A DNA stretch of 64,000 bases, taken from the NCBI GenBank assembly GCA_965230505.1, contig OZ246006.1, forward strand, positions 3,453,752-3,517,751, in the 5' to 3' direction. Under the pieces are notes generated by a model, which was not told the origin of the DNA, did no database searches, and was given only the letters and a program-made list of their open reading frames with translations. Numbering within the stretch: the first letter of the stretch is position 1; the number at the start of each line of letters is the position of its first letter. The stretch comes from Kangiellaceae bacterium (GTDB lineage: Bacteria > Pseudomonadota > Gammaproteobacteria > Enterobacterales > Kangiellaceae). This document shows positions 36,422 to 47,167 of this stretch, piece by piece. The position numbers were made by a program, and so were the translations under genes.

Positions 36422-38017
36422 ATGAAAACCACTGTAATTAGTATTTTAGGGACTAATTTAGATAGAAGAGGGCGTAATGCAATACGTTGGGACAAGTGGC
36501 GACCCAATATCGCCTTGTGTCAGCAGGAAGATTTGATTGTCGACAAATTGGTGTTATTACATGAGCCAAATTTTGAAAAATTAGCGGTTCAAGTTAAGGA
36601 TGATATTAAGGTAGTCTCGCCGGAAACAGAAGTGGTGTTTTATTCGGTGGATTTTTCCAGTCCTTGGGATTTTGAGTCGGTTTATAGTCAGCTTTATGAT
36701 TTTAGTCAGAAGCATCAATTTAATACAGAGCAAGAAGAGCTCTTGATCCATATCACTACCGGCACTCATGTTGCTCAAATTTGTTTGTATCTGCTTACTG
36801 AAACTCATTACCTGCCAGGTAAGCTTTTTCAAACATCGCCTGGTAATAAAGACAATCCGACCGCAGGTAATTATCAAATCATTGATTTGGACTTATCTAA
36901 ATATGATCAAATTGCATCGCGCTTCAACCAAGAAAGATTGACTGGCGCTGACTTTTTGAAATCTGGAATTGAAACAAGAAATATCAAGTTCAACAAGATG
37001 ATACAGCAAATCGAAAAGGTTTCTCTACTCTCTAAAGAGCCGATGTTAATTACCGGTGAAACCGGCGCGGGTAAAACTCGACTGGTAAAACGTATTTATG
37101 AATTAAAACAAAAACGAGGACAAGTCACGGGTAAGTTTGTGGTAGTCAATTGCGCCACTTTAATCGGCGATAAAGCAATGTCAGCATTATTTGGGCATAG
37201 TAAAGGTGCTTTTACTGGCGCATTAAATGCTAGGAATGGCTTATTAAAGGAAGCGGATGGTGGTTTATTATTTCTGGATGAAATTGCAGAGTTAGGTCTT
37301 GATGAGCAAGCAATGTTGTTAAAGGCTATAGAGGAAAAAAGCTATCTGCCCTTGGGAGCTGACAGTGAAGTAAAAAGTAACTTTCAATTGATCGCCGGAA
37401 CCAACCACAATATCAATGAGACCGTTGCCAAAGGAGGGTTTAGAGAGGATTTATTAGCTAGAATTAACCTTTGGAGCTATCAGTTACCATCACTCAAAGA
37501 CCGAATAGAAGACTTAGAACCTAACTTAGACTTTGAACTTAGACAGTTTGCCAAAAAAGCCGGTCACATGGTTAGCTTCAACAAAGCTGCACGAACTCTT
37601 TATTTGAACTTCGCCAAATCACCAGAAGCACTTTGGAGTGCAAATTTTAGAGATTTAAACTCCAGTGTGACTCGAATGGCGACCTTATCGGAAGGAGGGA
37701 GAATTTCGGAAAACGAAGTTAAAGAGGAAATTATTAGATTAAAACAGCAATGGCTAGGGCAGGTTAGAATTGCCGAGGAACCCGAGCAAACTGCAATTGA
37801 TATACTTGGGGCTAACCGAGCCAAAGAGTTAGACAATTTGGAAAAATATACTTTAGTAGGGGTTCAAAGCATTTGTCGCCAATCCAACTCAATGGCAGAA
37901 GCCGGTAGAAAGTTATTCAATGTTTCTCGTTTAGAAAAGAAGTCGAAAAATGATTCTCATCGTTTGAAGCAGTTGTTGACCAAGTACGGTTTGACTTTTG
38001 AAGAGCTGAAGAGCTGA
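36422..38017 (+). CDS. rtcR: Sigma-54-dependent transcriptional regulator RtcR
   Basis: N-terminal CARF-like domain (LVLLHEP...ITTGTHVAQIC). AAA+ sigma-54 activator core (GETGAGKT, GAFTGA). C-terminal HTH. Collinear with E. coli RtcR. Confidence 0.9.
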   Translation: MKTTVISILGTNLDRRGRNAIRWDKWRPNIALCQQEDLIVDKLVLLHEPNFEKLAVQVKDDIKVVSPETEVVFYSVDFSSPWDFESVYSQLYDFSQKHQFNTEQEELLIHITTGTHVAQICLYLLTETHYLPGKLFQTSPGNKDNPTAGNYQIIDLDLSKYDQIASRFNQERLTGADFLKSGIETRNIKFNKMIQQIEKVSLLSKEPMLITGETGAGKTRLVKRIYELKQKRGQVTGKFVVVNCATLIGDKAMSALFGHSKGAFTGALNARNGLLKEADGGLLFLDEIAELGLDEQAMLLKAIEEKSYLPLGADSEVKSNFQLIAGTNHNINETVAKGGFREDLLARINLWSYQLPSLKDRIEDLEPNLDFELRQFAKKAGHMVSFNKAARTLYLNFAKSPEALWSANFRDLNSSVTRMATLSEGGRISENEVKEEIIRLKQQWLGQVRIAEEPEQTAIDILGANRAKELDNLEKYTLVGVQSICRQSNSMAEAGRKLFNVSRLEKKSKNDSHRLKQLLTKYGLTFEELKS

Positions 38018-38028
38018 AGAGCTGAAGA
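38000..38028. repeat. Octanucleotide tandem repeat (GAAGAGCT)x3.6 spanning the rtcR stop codon
   Basis: Read directly. The stop TGA at 38015-38017 lies inside the tract. Confidence 0.9.
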
Positions 38029-38148
38029 ATTTGGAAATTTAATGGGCGTTTAAAAAGAAGACATTACTTGAAACTATAAATTTTGTAGGCAAAAAAATGC
38101 CCGCTCTGCAGCGGGCTAACATCACACAGTAGGAGGAATTAAGTGATT

Positions 38149-38409
38149 CTATTTGGCTTTAAGAATTTTTTTCATCTTGTCGTAAAATTCTGCCAGTGTT
38201 TTCTTTTCCTGATAATCCAGCGACAGCTTTCCATGAAATAACAGAGTAAGGGTTAAATCTTTATAACCGATATAACAAGTGTATCCGTCGTAATCGTGCC
38301 AGGCTTTAACGCCATTGAGTTGATACTCTGAGTCAATACGTTTGCCTTTAGTGAGTATTTCATTGAACGCTGACAAATTGTCCATTAAGGTGATTTGGTG
38401 CTCATTCAT
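38149..38409 (-). CDS. Hypothetical small protein (86 aa)
   Basis: Begins MNEHQ. Paired with the next gene, 21 bp apart. A terminator hairpin at 38100-38122 lies downstream. Confidence 0.4.
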   Translation of the reverse strand: MNEHQITLMDNLSAFNEILTKGKRIDSEYQLNGVKAWHDYDGYTCYIGYKDLTLTLLFHGKLSLDYQEKKTLAEFYDKMKKILKAK

Positions 38410-38430
38410 CTCTATACTCGTCGTTCATTA

Positions 38431-38706
38431 TCAAAAATAAATCGTTTGTCCGGTTAGTTTTTGGCTCTCAGCACCACACATTTCGTCATAGGCGGATTGA
38501 AACTCAAGACACGCAGAAGAGTAGTTAATACTTTTTAAATACTCTTTTGCTAGAGTTAATGAGCGGAACTTTGTAACACCAGTTGTTTCAGACAATGCTA
38601 CGAAGTCATCTTTATCAGTCATTGCCCCAACTAGGTAGTGGGGGGAATCTGCCAAACCGAGAATTGTTGGCTTTACGCTATTAACCTTAGCTTGTTGCTC
38701 ATTCAT
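38431..38706 (-). CDS. Hypothetical small protein (91 aa)
   Basis: Begins MNEQQ. Adjacent to the previous small gene. Confidence 0.4.
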   Translation of the reverse strand: MNEQQAKVNSVKPTILGLADSPHYLVGAMTDKDDFVALSETTGVTKFRSLTLAKEYLKSINYSSACLEFQSAYDEMCGAESQKLTGQTIYF

Positions 38707-39022
38707 TATTAAAACCCGCTGATTAAACTTATTAGTAGTTACGCTTGTAGTCTAGAGTTGGATCATCTTTTTAGAGGTTTTCAGGAAATTGACCTAATTA
38801 ATGCTTTTGCGATGTAAATGTTAGAAGCTTTATCCTGAAGTGGAGAGCAAGTGGATGAACTGCTCAGCCGAGGCTCCGCAAGAGGTTGGAAATAGCGAAA
38901 TGTAAGCTTGCGAAACAGCTGTCTATATGTTGTTGATTAGACGGGGGAAGGAACCCTTTGAAGGTAAGCTTTGAGGATTGATGGGACAACGACTGCAGGC
39001 TTGTCCCAGCTATCTTAGGCGG

Positions 39023-39541
39023 TTATTTGCTCTTATTTAAAACCTCAAAGGTCTCTAGCAACTCTTTAGAATGAGTATCCGGATCAACCGATTCAAAGTG
39101 CTTCACTATGGTTCCTTCCGGATTCACTATAAATGTTTGTCGGCTAGGATGTGGCCAGGGCAAAATTCTATCAACGTCCATGGCTTTTGAAAGCGTCTTA
39201 TCGACATCGGCTAACAGAGTAAACGGCATTTCATAGGTGTCGGCAAAGTCTTTGTGGGACTCAACATCATCATAGCTCACGCCAATAATTTCTATATTGT
39301 TGGCTTGGTATTTAGCATAGTCATCCACAAAATTTTGGGCTTCTACGGTACAGCCTGGGGTTTTGTCTTTTGGATAAAAGTAGACAACTTTCCATTTGCC
39401 CGCAAAATCGGAGTTTTTCTTTAAGTTACCATTTTGGTCGGCGAGCTCAAACTGGGCGAATGGCTGCCCTTCCCACCGGTTACTGTTGGCTTGCGCCTGC
39501 ACGCTGAATATAAAAACTAAAAGTGTAACAAGTGTTTTCAT
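39023..39541 (-). CDS. Secreted redoxin/peroxiredoxin (AhpC/TSA-Bcp family)
   Basis: Signal peptide. YPKDKTPGCT active-site context. Confidence 0.75.
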   Translation of the reverse strand: MKTLVTLLVFIFSVQAQANSNRWEGQPFAQFELADQNGNLKKNSDFAGKWKVVYFYPKDKTPGCTVEAQNFVDDYAKYQANNIEIIGVSYDDVESHKDFADTYEMPFTLLADVDKTLSKAMDVDRILPWPHPSRQTFIVNPEGTIVKHFESVDPDTHSKELLETFEVLNKSK

Positions 39542-39892
39542 TATTTTAACTCTCTGTTTTATCTGTGATATCTAGACTATGTATAGCAATTAGTGCCGAA
39601 TCACATTGATTTAAAAGGTAAATTTAACAAATTTTTTAGCTAAAGTCGCTGTTTATTAAAACCGTTTAACTTCTCTAGTATCTAACAAGTTAGCTTGTTA
39701 TGAGGTAATACTATTAGGAAAAACTAGTCAATCGACTAAACTTTACTATTAGGAGTTTTAGCCGCTCGGTAAATAAAAACTTGGCAAAAGTCTAACAATG
39801 TCGGTCCAGCGTTAGTGTCTACGAGGAGCGAGACTAAATAGATCGCTAGATAGCCTATTGCCAAGTGGGATTTCGAGCAAATGGACTAAGGA

Positions 39893-41830
39893 GTGAAGGT
39901 TATGATAAAACGAAATATCATTCACATTGTCACTAGTGTTGGCCTTGCCTTTTTGGTCGTTCTCTTCTTTGTCGATTGGTCTGTAAAAGATATCTATCGG
40001 GAGAATAATCGACAGACACTTCAGCATTACGCTATATTGGTCTCTCAAGTCGAACGACTGATTGAACAGATTTCTCATGAACAAGTTGAACCGAGCTATC
40101 CGCAGTTGGAACAACTTAGTCTCATAGAGCAAGTGGTTGGATGGGAGCTAGCCAATCCTAATGGTCAGGTCATTGCGAGCTTTCAGCGTAATCAACTGAT
40201 TGAAATGAGCAGCGGCGTATCGCGCGTTTTTTATTTACCCGATGCTGATAATAATAAAATAATGCCTTTGGTCGTTCATTTTGATTTGACCACTTTAGCA
40301 GAAGACATCACTCTATTAACGGTTGAAAGCTTAAGCATTATTTTTGTTTTAATAACAATAATTGCTGTTATAACTTACCTTAGTTTACGATGGGTTATTC
40401 AATTAGAAGGCTTTTCGAAAGATGTATTGGTCAGTGGGAAACAAACGCCACACTCCGATTTGGTTGTGCATAACATCGTTGGCTTTACCCTTAGCCAGCT
40501 AATACTCAATAATCGCTTACTTTCAAAATCAAAATCAGAATTAACCAATCAGATAAGGCGTACCACTTATATCGATCAAGCTACGGAGTTAGGCAATCAT
40601 CTTTTTTTTAAAGCAGAGCTTCAAGTCAGATTACACAATCAAGATGAAATAGAGTCCGGATTAGTTGTGATTTTAGCTTTTGTGATAGAGGATGAACAGA
40701 ATCTAACGCTCGCGGAGCATCAACAAATCGCAATTGCTAACTGCTTAAAAAAAGCCATTGATTCAATTGACAGCGCAATAGTCGCTAAACTGAAAGAAAA
40801 TGAATTTGTGTTATTGTTACCCAACTTTACGGAGGCCAAAACTGATCAGTTTTGCAAAAAACTAGTCAGGGATTTATCTAACCAAGTCTATACCAAGCCG
40901 GAAGAGCTTCACCATTTTGTAGATATTGGCATTTCAACTTACAAGCAAGGGTTTGATTATTATCATGTGATGGCGGAGGCTGATCTTGCACTTAGAAATG
41001 CACAGTTACAAGGCGCCAATAATTGGTATGTATACGGTGAACCGTTACCCCAAACTAAATCAAAGGGGCGTCTAAAGTGGCAAAGTTTTCTTCGCAATGT
41101 ACTGGATAGAAGAAAGATTTCACTGTATTGCCAACAGCTTCATTATTTTAATCAATCGGACACCCACCATCATGAAGTACTTGCACGAATTCAAGATGGC
41201 GAGGAGTTACTTCATGCTGAGAGTTTTATAGCGATGGCTTATCAATGTGGCCTTTCGGTTGAGTTTGATCGGCAAATAGTTAATGCGGTAATCAATCATC
41301 TTTTATATGAACCTAATAATGCCAAACCAACCAATATTTCAATAAACATATTTGTTCCAAGTCTAATGAATCAGGCTTTTAGCGACTGGTTAATAACCAA
41401 GCTTTCAAACAATCCTAAAGTGGCTAGTAGGCTCATTTTTGAGGTATCGGAGAATTTGTTAAGTAAGCATATTCAGGATATCTCGCAAATAATGAAACAG
41501 TTGTCCGAGTTAGGTGCCAGATGGTGTATCGAGCATTTTGGTTCGATAGGCGAGGATCAACGTTATCTCGATATTACAAAAGTCGATTTTGTTAAAATTG
41601 ATCGCAGAATTATCAATAATATATCGGAGTCTTTATCACAACAGCTGTTATTCAACTCTATAATTGTTTCGTTAAAACCGAGAGGAATTACTCTGATTGC
41701 AGAAGGGGTAGAAAAATCAGAAGATGCGACCTACATTGAACAAACTGAAATTTCTGCGGCTCAAGGATATCTTTACTATCAGCCCCGTGAGATGAGTTTT
41801 GACCCGACCATTAAGTTAGCGAGCAATTGA
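39893..41830 (+). CDS. Membrane-anchored EAL-domain protein (c-di-GMP phosphodiesterase-like) with degenerate GGDEF-like middle domain
   Basis: EVLAR, DFVKIDR and AEGVE..GYLY EAL motifs. Two TM helices flank an N-terminal sensor region. Confidence 0.7.
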   Translation: MKVMIKRNIIHIVTSVGLAFLVVLFFVDWSVKDIYRENNRQTLQHYAILVSQVERLIEQISHEQVEPSYPQLEQLSLIEQVVGWELANPNGQVIASFQRNQLIEMSSGVSRVFYLPDADNNKIMPLVVHFDLTTLAEDITLLTVESLSIIFVLITIIAVITYLSLRWVIQLEGFSKDVLVSGKQTPHSDLVVHNIVGFTLSQLILNNRLLSKSKSELTNQIRRTTYIDQATELGNHLFFKAELQVRLHNQDEIESGLVVILAFVIEDEQNLTLAEHQQIAIANCLKKAIDSIDSAIVAKLKENEFVLLLPNFTEAKTDQFCKKLVRDLSNQVYTKPEELHHFVDIGISTYKQGFDYYHVMAEADLALRNAQLQGANNWYVYGEPLPQTKSKGRLKWQSFLRNVLDRRKISLYCQQLHYFNQSDTHHHEVLARIQDGEELLHAESFIAMAYQCGLSVEFDRQIVNAVINHLLYEPNNAKPTNISINIFVPSLMNQAFSDWLITKLSNNPKVASRLIFEVSENLLSKHIQDISQIMKQLSELGARWCIEHFGSIGEDQRYLDITKVDFVKIDRRIINNISESLSQQLLFNSIIVSLKPRGITLIAEGVEKSEDATYIEQTEISAAQGYLYYQPREMSFDPTIKLASN

Positions 41831-42227
41831 ATAAAAGGCCAATGCTCGCTGCAATATTATCTCAATAGCTAATAATATTTAGCACTATTTTCTTGGGTTA
41901 CCAGTTTATTTTTCAGCGAGTCCAATGATTATCTCACTTTTGGTATATTGCTATTGAATATATAAATTAGATCTTCTAAGAATCGTTATCAAATAAAATT
42001 AAAAAATACAAGTTAAATTAATATAGATTGAGAGCTTCATCTCTTAAAAATGTCCGAATGTCTATATTTACGTTGCTTTTTTAAACTAAACCGCTAGAAT
42101 TGTTTTAATTGAGGCAGTCATGCGGATTCGTTATTGGTTGCCCAGACTTTTTTAGATTTACTCTAGAGAAAGATTTTGGGTTCGACTTATTTAGAAACTT
42201 TATGACTGGTTATAAGAGGAAACGAAA

Positions 42228-42443
42228 GTGAAAAAGACCAACGAAAGCTCCAACTTTGAAGTGATTAATGGCGACATAGCTTATGTCGGACCGGAGCGCA
42301 GAGTTGATCGCCGCAGAGAGAAAGGGCACGAACGGGTAGAGCGTTTGTTGAAGAACTTTGGTTTGGACCGTCGCTTAAGTACCGATCGTCGGCGGAAAGA
42401 TAGTTCTTGGTTTCTAACTTCGAAAAAAGTTGTTAATCTTTAA
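42228..42443 (+). CDS. Arg-rich small hypothetical protein (71 aa)
   Basis: ORF followed by a strong terminator at 42467-42491. Confidence 0.35.
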   Translation: MKKTNESSNFEVINGDIAYVGPERRVDRRREKGHERVERLLKNFGLDRRLSTDRRRKDSSWFLTSKKVVNL

Positions 42444-42466
42444 AACTCGGTAAAACTCCTCTTAAG

Positions 42467-42491
42467 AAACCGACTCTTGTCGGTTTTTTTT
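42467..42491 (+). terminator. Rho-independent terminator
   Basis: AAACCGAC-TCTT-GTCGGTTT followed by a T run. Confidence 0.8.
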
Positions 42492-42508
42492 CGCCTAGTA
42501 AAAGGTAA

Positions 42509-43456
42509 ATGATTCTAAGAATGACCCAAGAACCCTTAAATAAAACCATTACAATCAATGAATTAGACAAAGAATTAAGTCGCTCCTCTATTCAAGAACT
42601 TGCTCTATCAACTAACTCGGCAACATCATATCGGTTAGATATAAAAAGAGATGATCTTATTCATGGCGTCATATCTGGCAATAAGTGGCGTAAGTTAAAG
42701 TACTTGTTGCAATCTGTTGAAAACAAAGGAATTCGACGTGTTGCTGCAATGGGAGGAAGGTATTCCAATTTTTTACACGCATTAGCTTATGTTTGCCATT
42801 TATTGGGTTGGGATTGCCAGTTATATGTGAGGGGCTATCAAGAGCAACCACTAACTCCAACACTTATAGATTGTGAAACTTGGGGAGCAAGGTTAAATTT
42901 TGTCAATCGAGCAGAATTCCAAACGCTTCGTTCGGTTCCTCCGAAACTAGATAACAACACATACTGGATTCCAGAGGGAGGCCTTCAATTCGAGTCTACT
43001 TTGGGAGTTGCGGAACTGATAGAAGAGCTTGTCGAACCTTATGATTATATCGTCATAGCCAGTGCCACCGGAACCAGTGTTGCCGGGCTGGTGAAAGGGT
43101 GTGACAAATCTCGTGACCAGCTTGCAGCCAAGCAAACTGAAGTGATTGGGATAGGGGTACTGAATAATCAAGAGCAGCAAATTGCTGATGTGAAAATGTT
43201 AATCGGCGAGGCGAAAACACCGTGGCAGATAAAATCAGGTTATGAATTTGGAGGCTTTGCTAAGAAATCCTCAATCATTCAGGACTTTTGTTTGTGGTTT
43301 AATCACCAATATTCAATCCCAATCGAACCGATTTATAGCGGGCGATCTTTCTTTGCGGTATTTGATTTAATGAAAAAGAATTATTTTAAGCAAGGCTCAC
43401 GAATTTTATTGATCCATTGTGGAGGTCTTCAGGGAGCTCGCGTTCTGGGCGATTAG
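42509..43456 (+). CDS. PLP-dependent ACC deaminase/D-cysteine desulfhydrase family enzyme
   Basis: SGNKWRKLKYLL signature. Confidence 0.75.
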   Translation: MILRMTQEPLNKTITINELDKELSRSSIQELALSTNSATSYRLDIKRDDLIHGVISGNKWRKLKYLLQSVENKGIRRVAAMGGRYSNFLHALAYVCHLLGWDCQLYVRGYQEQPLTPTLIDCETWGARLNFVNRAEFQTLRSVPPKLDNNTYWIPEGGLQFESTLGVAELIEELVEPYDYIVIASATGTSVAGLVKGCDKSRDQLAAKQTEVIGIGVLNNQEQQIADVKMLIGEAKTPWQIKSGYEFGGFAKKSSIIQDFCLWFNHQYSIPIEPIYSGRSFFAVFDLMKKNYFKQGSRILLIHCGGLQGARVLGD

Positions 43457-43509
43457 CCAGCAATTTTTAATTGCAAGATGATCATTGCTCTAATTAAAAA
43501 TTTGACTAA

Positions 43510-44586
43510 TCAAATGATCATCATTACTGAATAATCTAGATCTAATACCACGTCTGAATGATAGCGAGTTCTCGAGTTTTCAGTGGTGTACAAGGTTTCA
43601 ATTTTACTCGGTATATTATTTTTAATTCCCAGCATTCTAACTCGAACCAATCCCAAATCTTTTCTACCATTAATCGTCTGTTTATCCAATATTTCGCTTT
43701 GACAGTAAATGGTATCTCCAGCAAAACTCGGGTTACAGTGAGTTCCGCCATTGATTGCCGACAACCAGGTTGCATTTCCTAAACCGTTATAGCTAAGCGC
43801 CCGACAGATAGAAATAATGTGTCCACCGTAAACTAATCGCTTCCCGTGGGGAGAATGATCCATCATTGTTTGATCAAAGTGGACTCTCGCGTTGTTTTGA
43901 TAAAGGCGAGTTGCTAATGAATGATCAGAATCATTGATGGTCATACCGTCGCGATGGAATAAAACGTCACCGACCTGAAAATCATTAAACTTAGCTTGTG
44001 AATCACTGTAGTGTGCTTTCCAACTGGAGAAATTAATAGATGCTGGTAGGTTTTGCTGTTTGAAATCGACTTGTTGTTTTAATTCTGGTAGCTGATTGAA
44101 GGAATTTTCAGCCTTAGAGTTCTTTTCCTTCTTGTGTACCATTACCCATCGTTTCCAGCTAACCACCACTTCATCATGTTGATTTAATGCCGATGAATGG
44201 ACATAAACGACTCCTGTTTTGCCATTGGAATTTTCTTTCAAACCAATCACCTTACTAGTCACAGAAAGAGTGTCTCTAGCATAACAAGGGATATTAAAAC
44301 TTACTTCTGCATAGCCCAAATTTGCCACTGCATTCAGAGAAATATCATTCACGCTTTTTCCAAAGGCGATATGAAAAACTAATAAGTTGTCTAGGGGCGT
44401 ATTTTCAAAACCGACGCTGGCAGCAACTGTTTGAGCGCAAAATAAAGGATATCGGCTTCCTGTGAGAGCTAGGTAAAGTGAAGCATCGCCTTCAGTGATG
44501 GTTCTAGGCACACCATGGGTCAGTGTTTGTCCCAGCTCAAAATCTTCAAAGAAATTGCCTTCTGACAATAAAGTTTTTTTTGTCAT
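43510..44586 (-). CDS. Double-MaoC (hotdog) enoyl-CoA hydratase, mesaconyl-CoA hydratase-like
   Basis: About 350 aa with two hotdog halves. Overlaps the next gene by 4 bp. Confidence 0.6.
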   Translation of the reverse strand: MTKKTLLSEGNFFEDFELGQTLTHGVPRTITEGDASLYLALTGSRYPLFCAQTVAASVGFENTPLDNLLVFHIAFGKSVNDISLNAVANLGYAEVSFNIPCYARDTLSVTSKVIGLKENSNGKTGVVYVHSSALNQHDEVVVSWKRWVMVHKKEKNSKAENSFNQLPELKQQVDFKQQNLPASINFSSWKAHYSDSQAKFNDFQVGDVLFHRDGMTINDSDHSLATRLYQNNARVHFDQTMMDHSPHGKRLVYGGHIISICRALSYNGLGNATWLSAINGGTHCNPSFAGDTIYCQSEILDKQTINGRKDLGLVRVRMLGIKNNIPSKIETLYTTENSRTRYHSDVVLDLDYSVMMII

Positions 44587-45479
44587 TTTTCGGGACCGAT
44601 TAATTCGTTTTGGCCTAACTCTTTCACTTGGTTATACAAAGCGATAACTCGACGAGCCCAAAGCTCTAAACTCGGTTCAATTAACCGGTCATCAATCACG
44701 GCAACACTTTTACCCATTTCGTGAGCACTGGCAATCGCTTCAATTATTTTCTTGGCGCGTTTAATATCTTCACCTTTCGGGGTAAAAGCGTCATTGTTAT
44801 AAGCTAGTTGCACCGGATGAATGACGGCTTTGCCATCAAATCCTAAATCGCGTGCTTGGCGACAGGAAAATTCGCAGGCTTCTATATTTTTCAAATCAAA
44901 ATGTGGACCATCAATAATACATTTATCATGTGCCCTTGCACCTAATACCGTCATGGATAAACTGGTTAACAATCCCATACGATCGAGAGTCATATTGATT
45001 CTCAATGAGTTGGCTAAATCGGTTGTACCCAGTACGATTGCAGATAACCTATCACTTGCTCCGGCAATTTCTTCACTCCGTAAAACACCTTTTGGACTTT
45101 CTATATTTGCCATTACAGGCAGCCGCGACCCACCCATTTCATCCATAGTGGCAATGGCTGCTTTCATTTCACCACCACTTTCTACATGTGGAAAAAGAAC
45201 GCCATCTATTTCTAGTTTGACAGCCGCTCTTAAGTCGTCCATTCCCCAATCGGAATCTAGAGAGTTTATTCGAATGATCTTTTCGGAATATCCGAAATTC
45301 GGATTTTCAAATGCTTTAACTAAAAGCTCTCTAGCTTCGGTTTTTTTTGAAGGTGGCACTGATTCTTGTAAATCAAAAACAATGCAGTCCGCTGATAGCT
45401 GTCGAGATTTTTCAATATGCCGTGCTTCATGAGCAGAGACATAAAGAACGCTTCTGCGCGGTCGGTATTGATAACTCAT
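44583..45479 (-). CDS. CitE/HpcH-family CoA-ester lyase (malyl/citramalyl-CoA lyase-like)
   Basis: Size and CitE-like motifs. Confidence 0.7.
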   Translation of the reverse strand: MSYQYRPRRSVLYVSAHEARHIEKSRQLSADCIVFDLQESVPPSKKTEARELLVKAFENPNFGYSEKIIRINSLDSDWGMDDLRAAVKLEIDGVLFPHVESGGEMKAAIATMDEMGGSRLPVMANIESPKGVLRSEEIAGASDRLSAIVLGTTDLANSLRINMTLDRMGLLTSLSMTVLGARAHDKCIIDGPHFDLKNIEACEFSCRQARDLGFDGKAVIHPVQLAYNNDAFTPKGEDIKRAKKIIEAIASAHEMGKSVAVIDDRLIEPSLELWARRVIALYNQVKELGQNELIGPEK

Positions 45480-47167
45480 TGTGATTGACTCCTTTTGCTT
45501 TGAAGTTCCAAAAGCATTTGTTTTCTGAGTACTTTTCCATTTTTGGTACGAGGAAAATCTTGGTAAAAATGAACTAGTTTCGGCGCTTTATATTTCGCTA
45601 ATTTTTGCTTGCCGAAATCAAGTAATTCTTGTTCAGTTAAATGACTGTCTTTGTGAAGAATAACACAAGCACTTACCAACACTTTATCTGGTCCTAGCTC
45701 TTCTCCCAATGCAACGCAGTCTGCAATTGCAGGGTGAGTTTTTAGAACTCTCTCAATTTCGTGTGGAGAGACTCGGTAGCCGAATGTATTGATGATGTCA
45801 TCTTTACGACCTAAAAACCAAATGTATCCGTCTTCATCGGTTCTTGCGTAGTCCCCTGTGAAAAAGTAACCGTCATGCTTGGCCTTGTTAGTTTCGTCGG
45901 GCAGTTGCCAGTAATTTAAAAATAATCCAGGATCGTCCTCCGGAATAGCAATCATTCCTTCTTCATTAACCGCTGCCGGAGAGCCGTCACCAGATAAAAT
46001 TTGCACCTGATGCCCCGGTTGAGGGAAGCCGGCCGCACCTGGACGGATAGGACGATCAATTCGTTGCGAGATATAATAAGAAAACTCGCTCATGCCAATC
46101 GCTTCAAATACATCTTGCTCAAACCTTTCTCGCCATGCTGCTAACATTTCATCAGATAAATGTTCACCAGCACTCATGCAGTGCCTTAAGGATGGAACAT
46201 CTTTGGCAGCAAAATTAGTTTTTTGAATGATTTGTCGGTAAATGGTAGGCACACCAATAAAAATAGTACACTGATGTTTCTTAATGAGTTCCGGCCAAGT
46301 ACTGGCATCGTTTTTACCTTCATGCACGATAACAGTATGCCCATGAAATAATGGATCCATTAATGCTGAACCTAAAACATAAGTCCAGTTGAACTTGCCA
46401 GAGTGCATGATTCTGTCACCCGGCTTAAAGTCAAACCAATAACGGCTAGCAGGTAGTCGACCAATCAATGAACGATGAGCATGTAGCACACCTTTTGGAA
46501 ATCCGGTAGTTCCCGAGGTATAAACCAAGTAAGCTGGGTCATTGGCTTTACTGTTAACGATTTGTTGGCTGGCATCGGTGTTTTTTAATTTTTCAGTTAA
46601 ATCAATTAACTGTATGTCACTACCCGCTGAATCTATCGGCATAGGGCCTTCGCCAGCGAGTAAAATTGCTTTCAAGTCGGTCGACTCACTAACGATTGAA
46701 CTTAACTCTGACCACATTGATTTGGCAGCAATTAACACTTTTGCACCAGAGTCTTTTGCGAGATAAACAACTTCAGAGGCGGCCAATAACGTTGATGTTG
46801 GAACTGCGATAGCACCCTGTTTTAGACAGCCGAAAAAACTCTCGGGATAGTCTGTGGAGTTAGGCAGTCTAATCAGAACTCGATCGCCCACATCGACACC
46901 AAGCTCATTCAATAGGGTGACTATTTTGCCGCTTTTTTGATCGAGCAGAGAATAACTGAGCTCCTTAGTGCCTAGCTGATCATCTTCGACGACTAAAGCG
47001 GTATTCTCGGAATTTTCGCTGTTCGCATGGCGAGTAACACACTCTCTCGCAATGTTGAAATGCTCTGGAACATGCCACTGCGCGCTCAAATGACTGTGGC
47101 TGTCCGGTTCGGTTAAATATTGATTGAGTGGGTCCATATTAAATTCTTCCGTAGGGCCAGTTTTCAC
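45476..47167 (-). CDS. AMP-dependent synthetase/ligase (acyl-CoA synthetase)
   Basis: YTSGTTGFPKG AMP-binding motif. Confidence 0.85.
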   Translation of the reverse strand: MKTGPTEEFNMDPLNQYLTEPDSHSHLSAQWHVPEHFNIARECVTRHANSENSENTALVVEDDQLGTKELSYSLLDQKSGKIVTLLNELGVDVGDRVLIRLPNSTDYPESFFGCLKQGAIAVPTSTLLAASEVVYLAKDSGAKVLIAAKSMWSELSSIVSESTDLKAILLAGEGPMPIDSAGSDIQLIDLTEKLKNTDASQQIVNSKANDPAYLVYTSGTTGFPKGVLHAHRSLIGRLPASRYWFDFKPGDRIMHSGKFNWTYVLGSALMDPLFHGHTVIVHEGKNDASTWPELIKKHQCTIFIGVPTIYRQIIQKTNFAAKDVPSLRHCMSAGEHLSDEMLAAWRERFEQDVFEAIGMSEFSYYISQRIDRPIRPGAAGFPQPGHQVQILSGDGSPAAVNEEGMIAIPEDDPGLFLNYWQLPDETNKAKHDGYFFTGDYARTDEDGYIWFLGRKDDIINTFGYRVSPHEIERVLKTHPAIADCVALGEELGPDKVLVSACVILHKDSHLTEQELLDFGKQKLAKYKAPKLVHFYQDFPRTKNGKVLRKQMLLELQSKRSQSQ

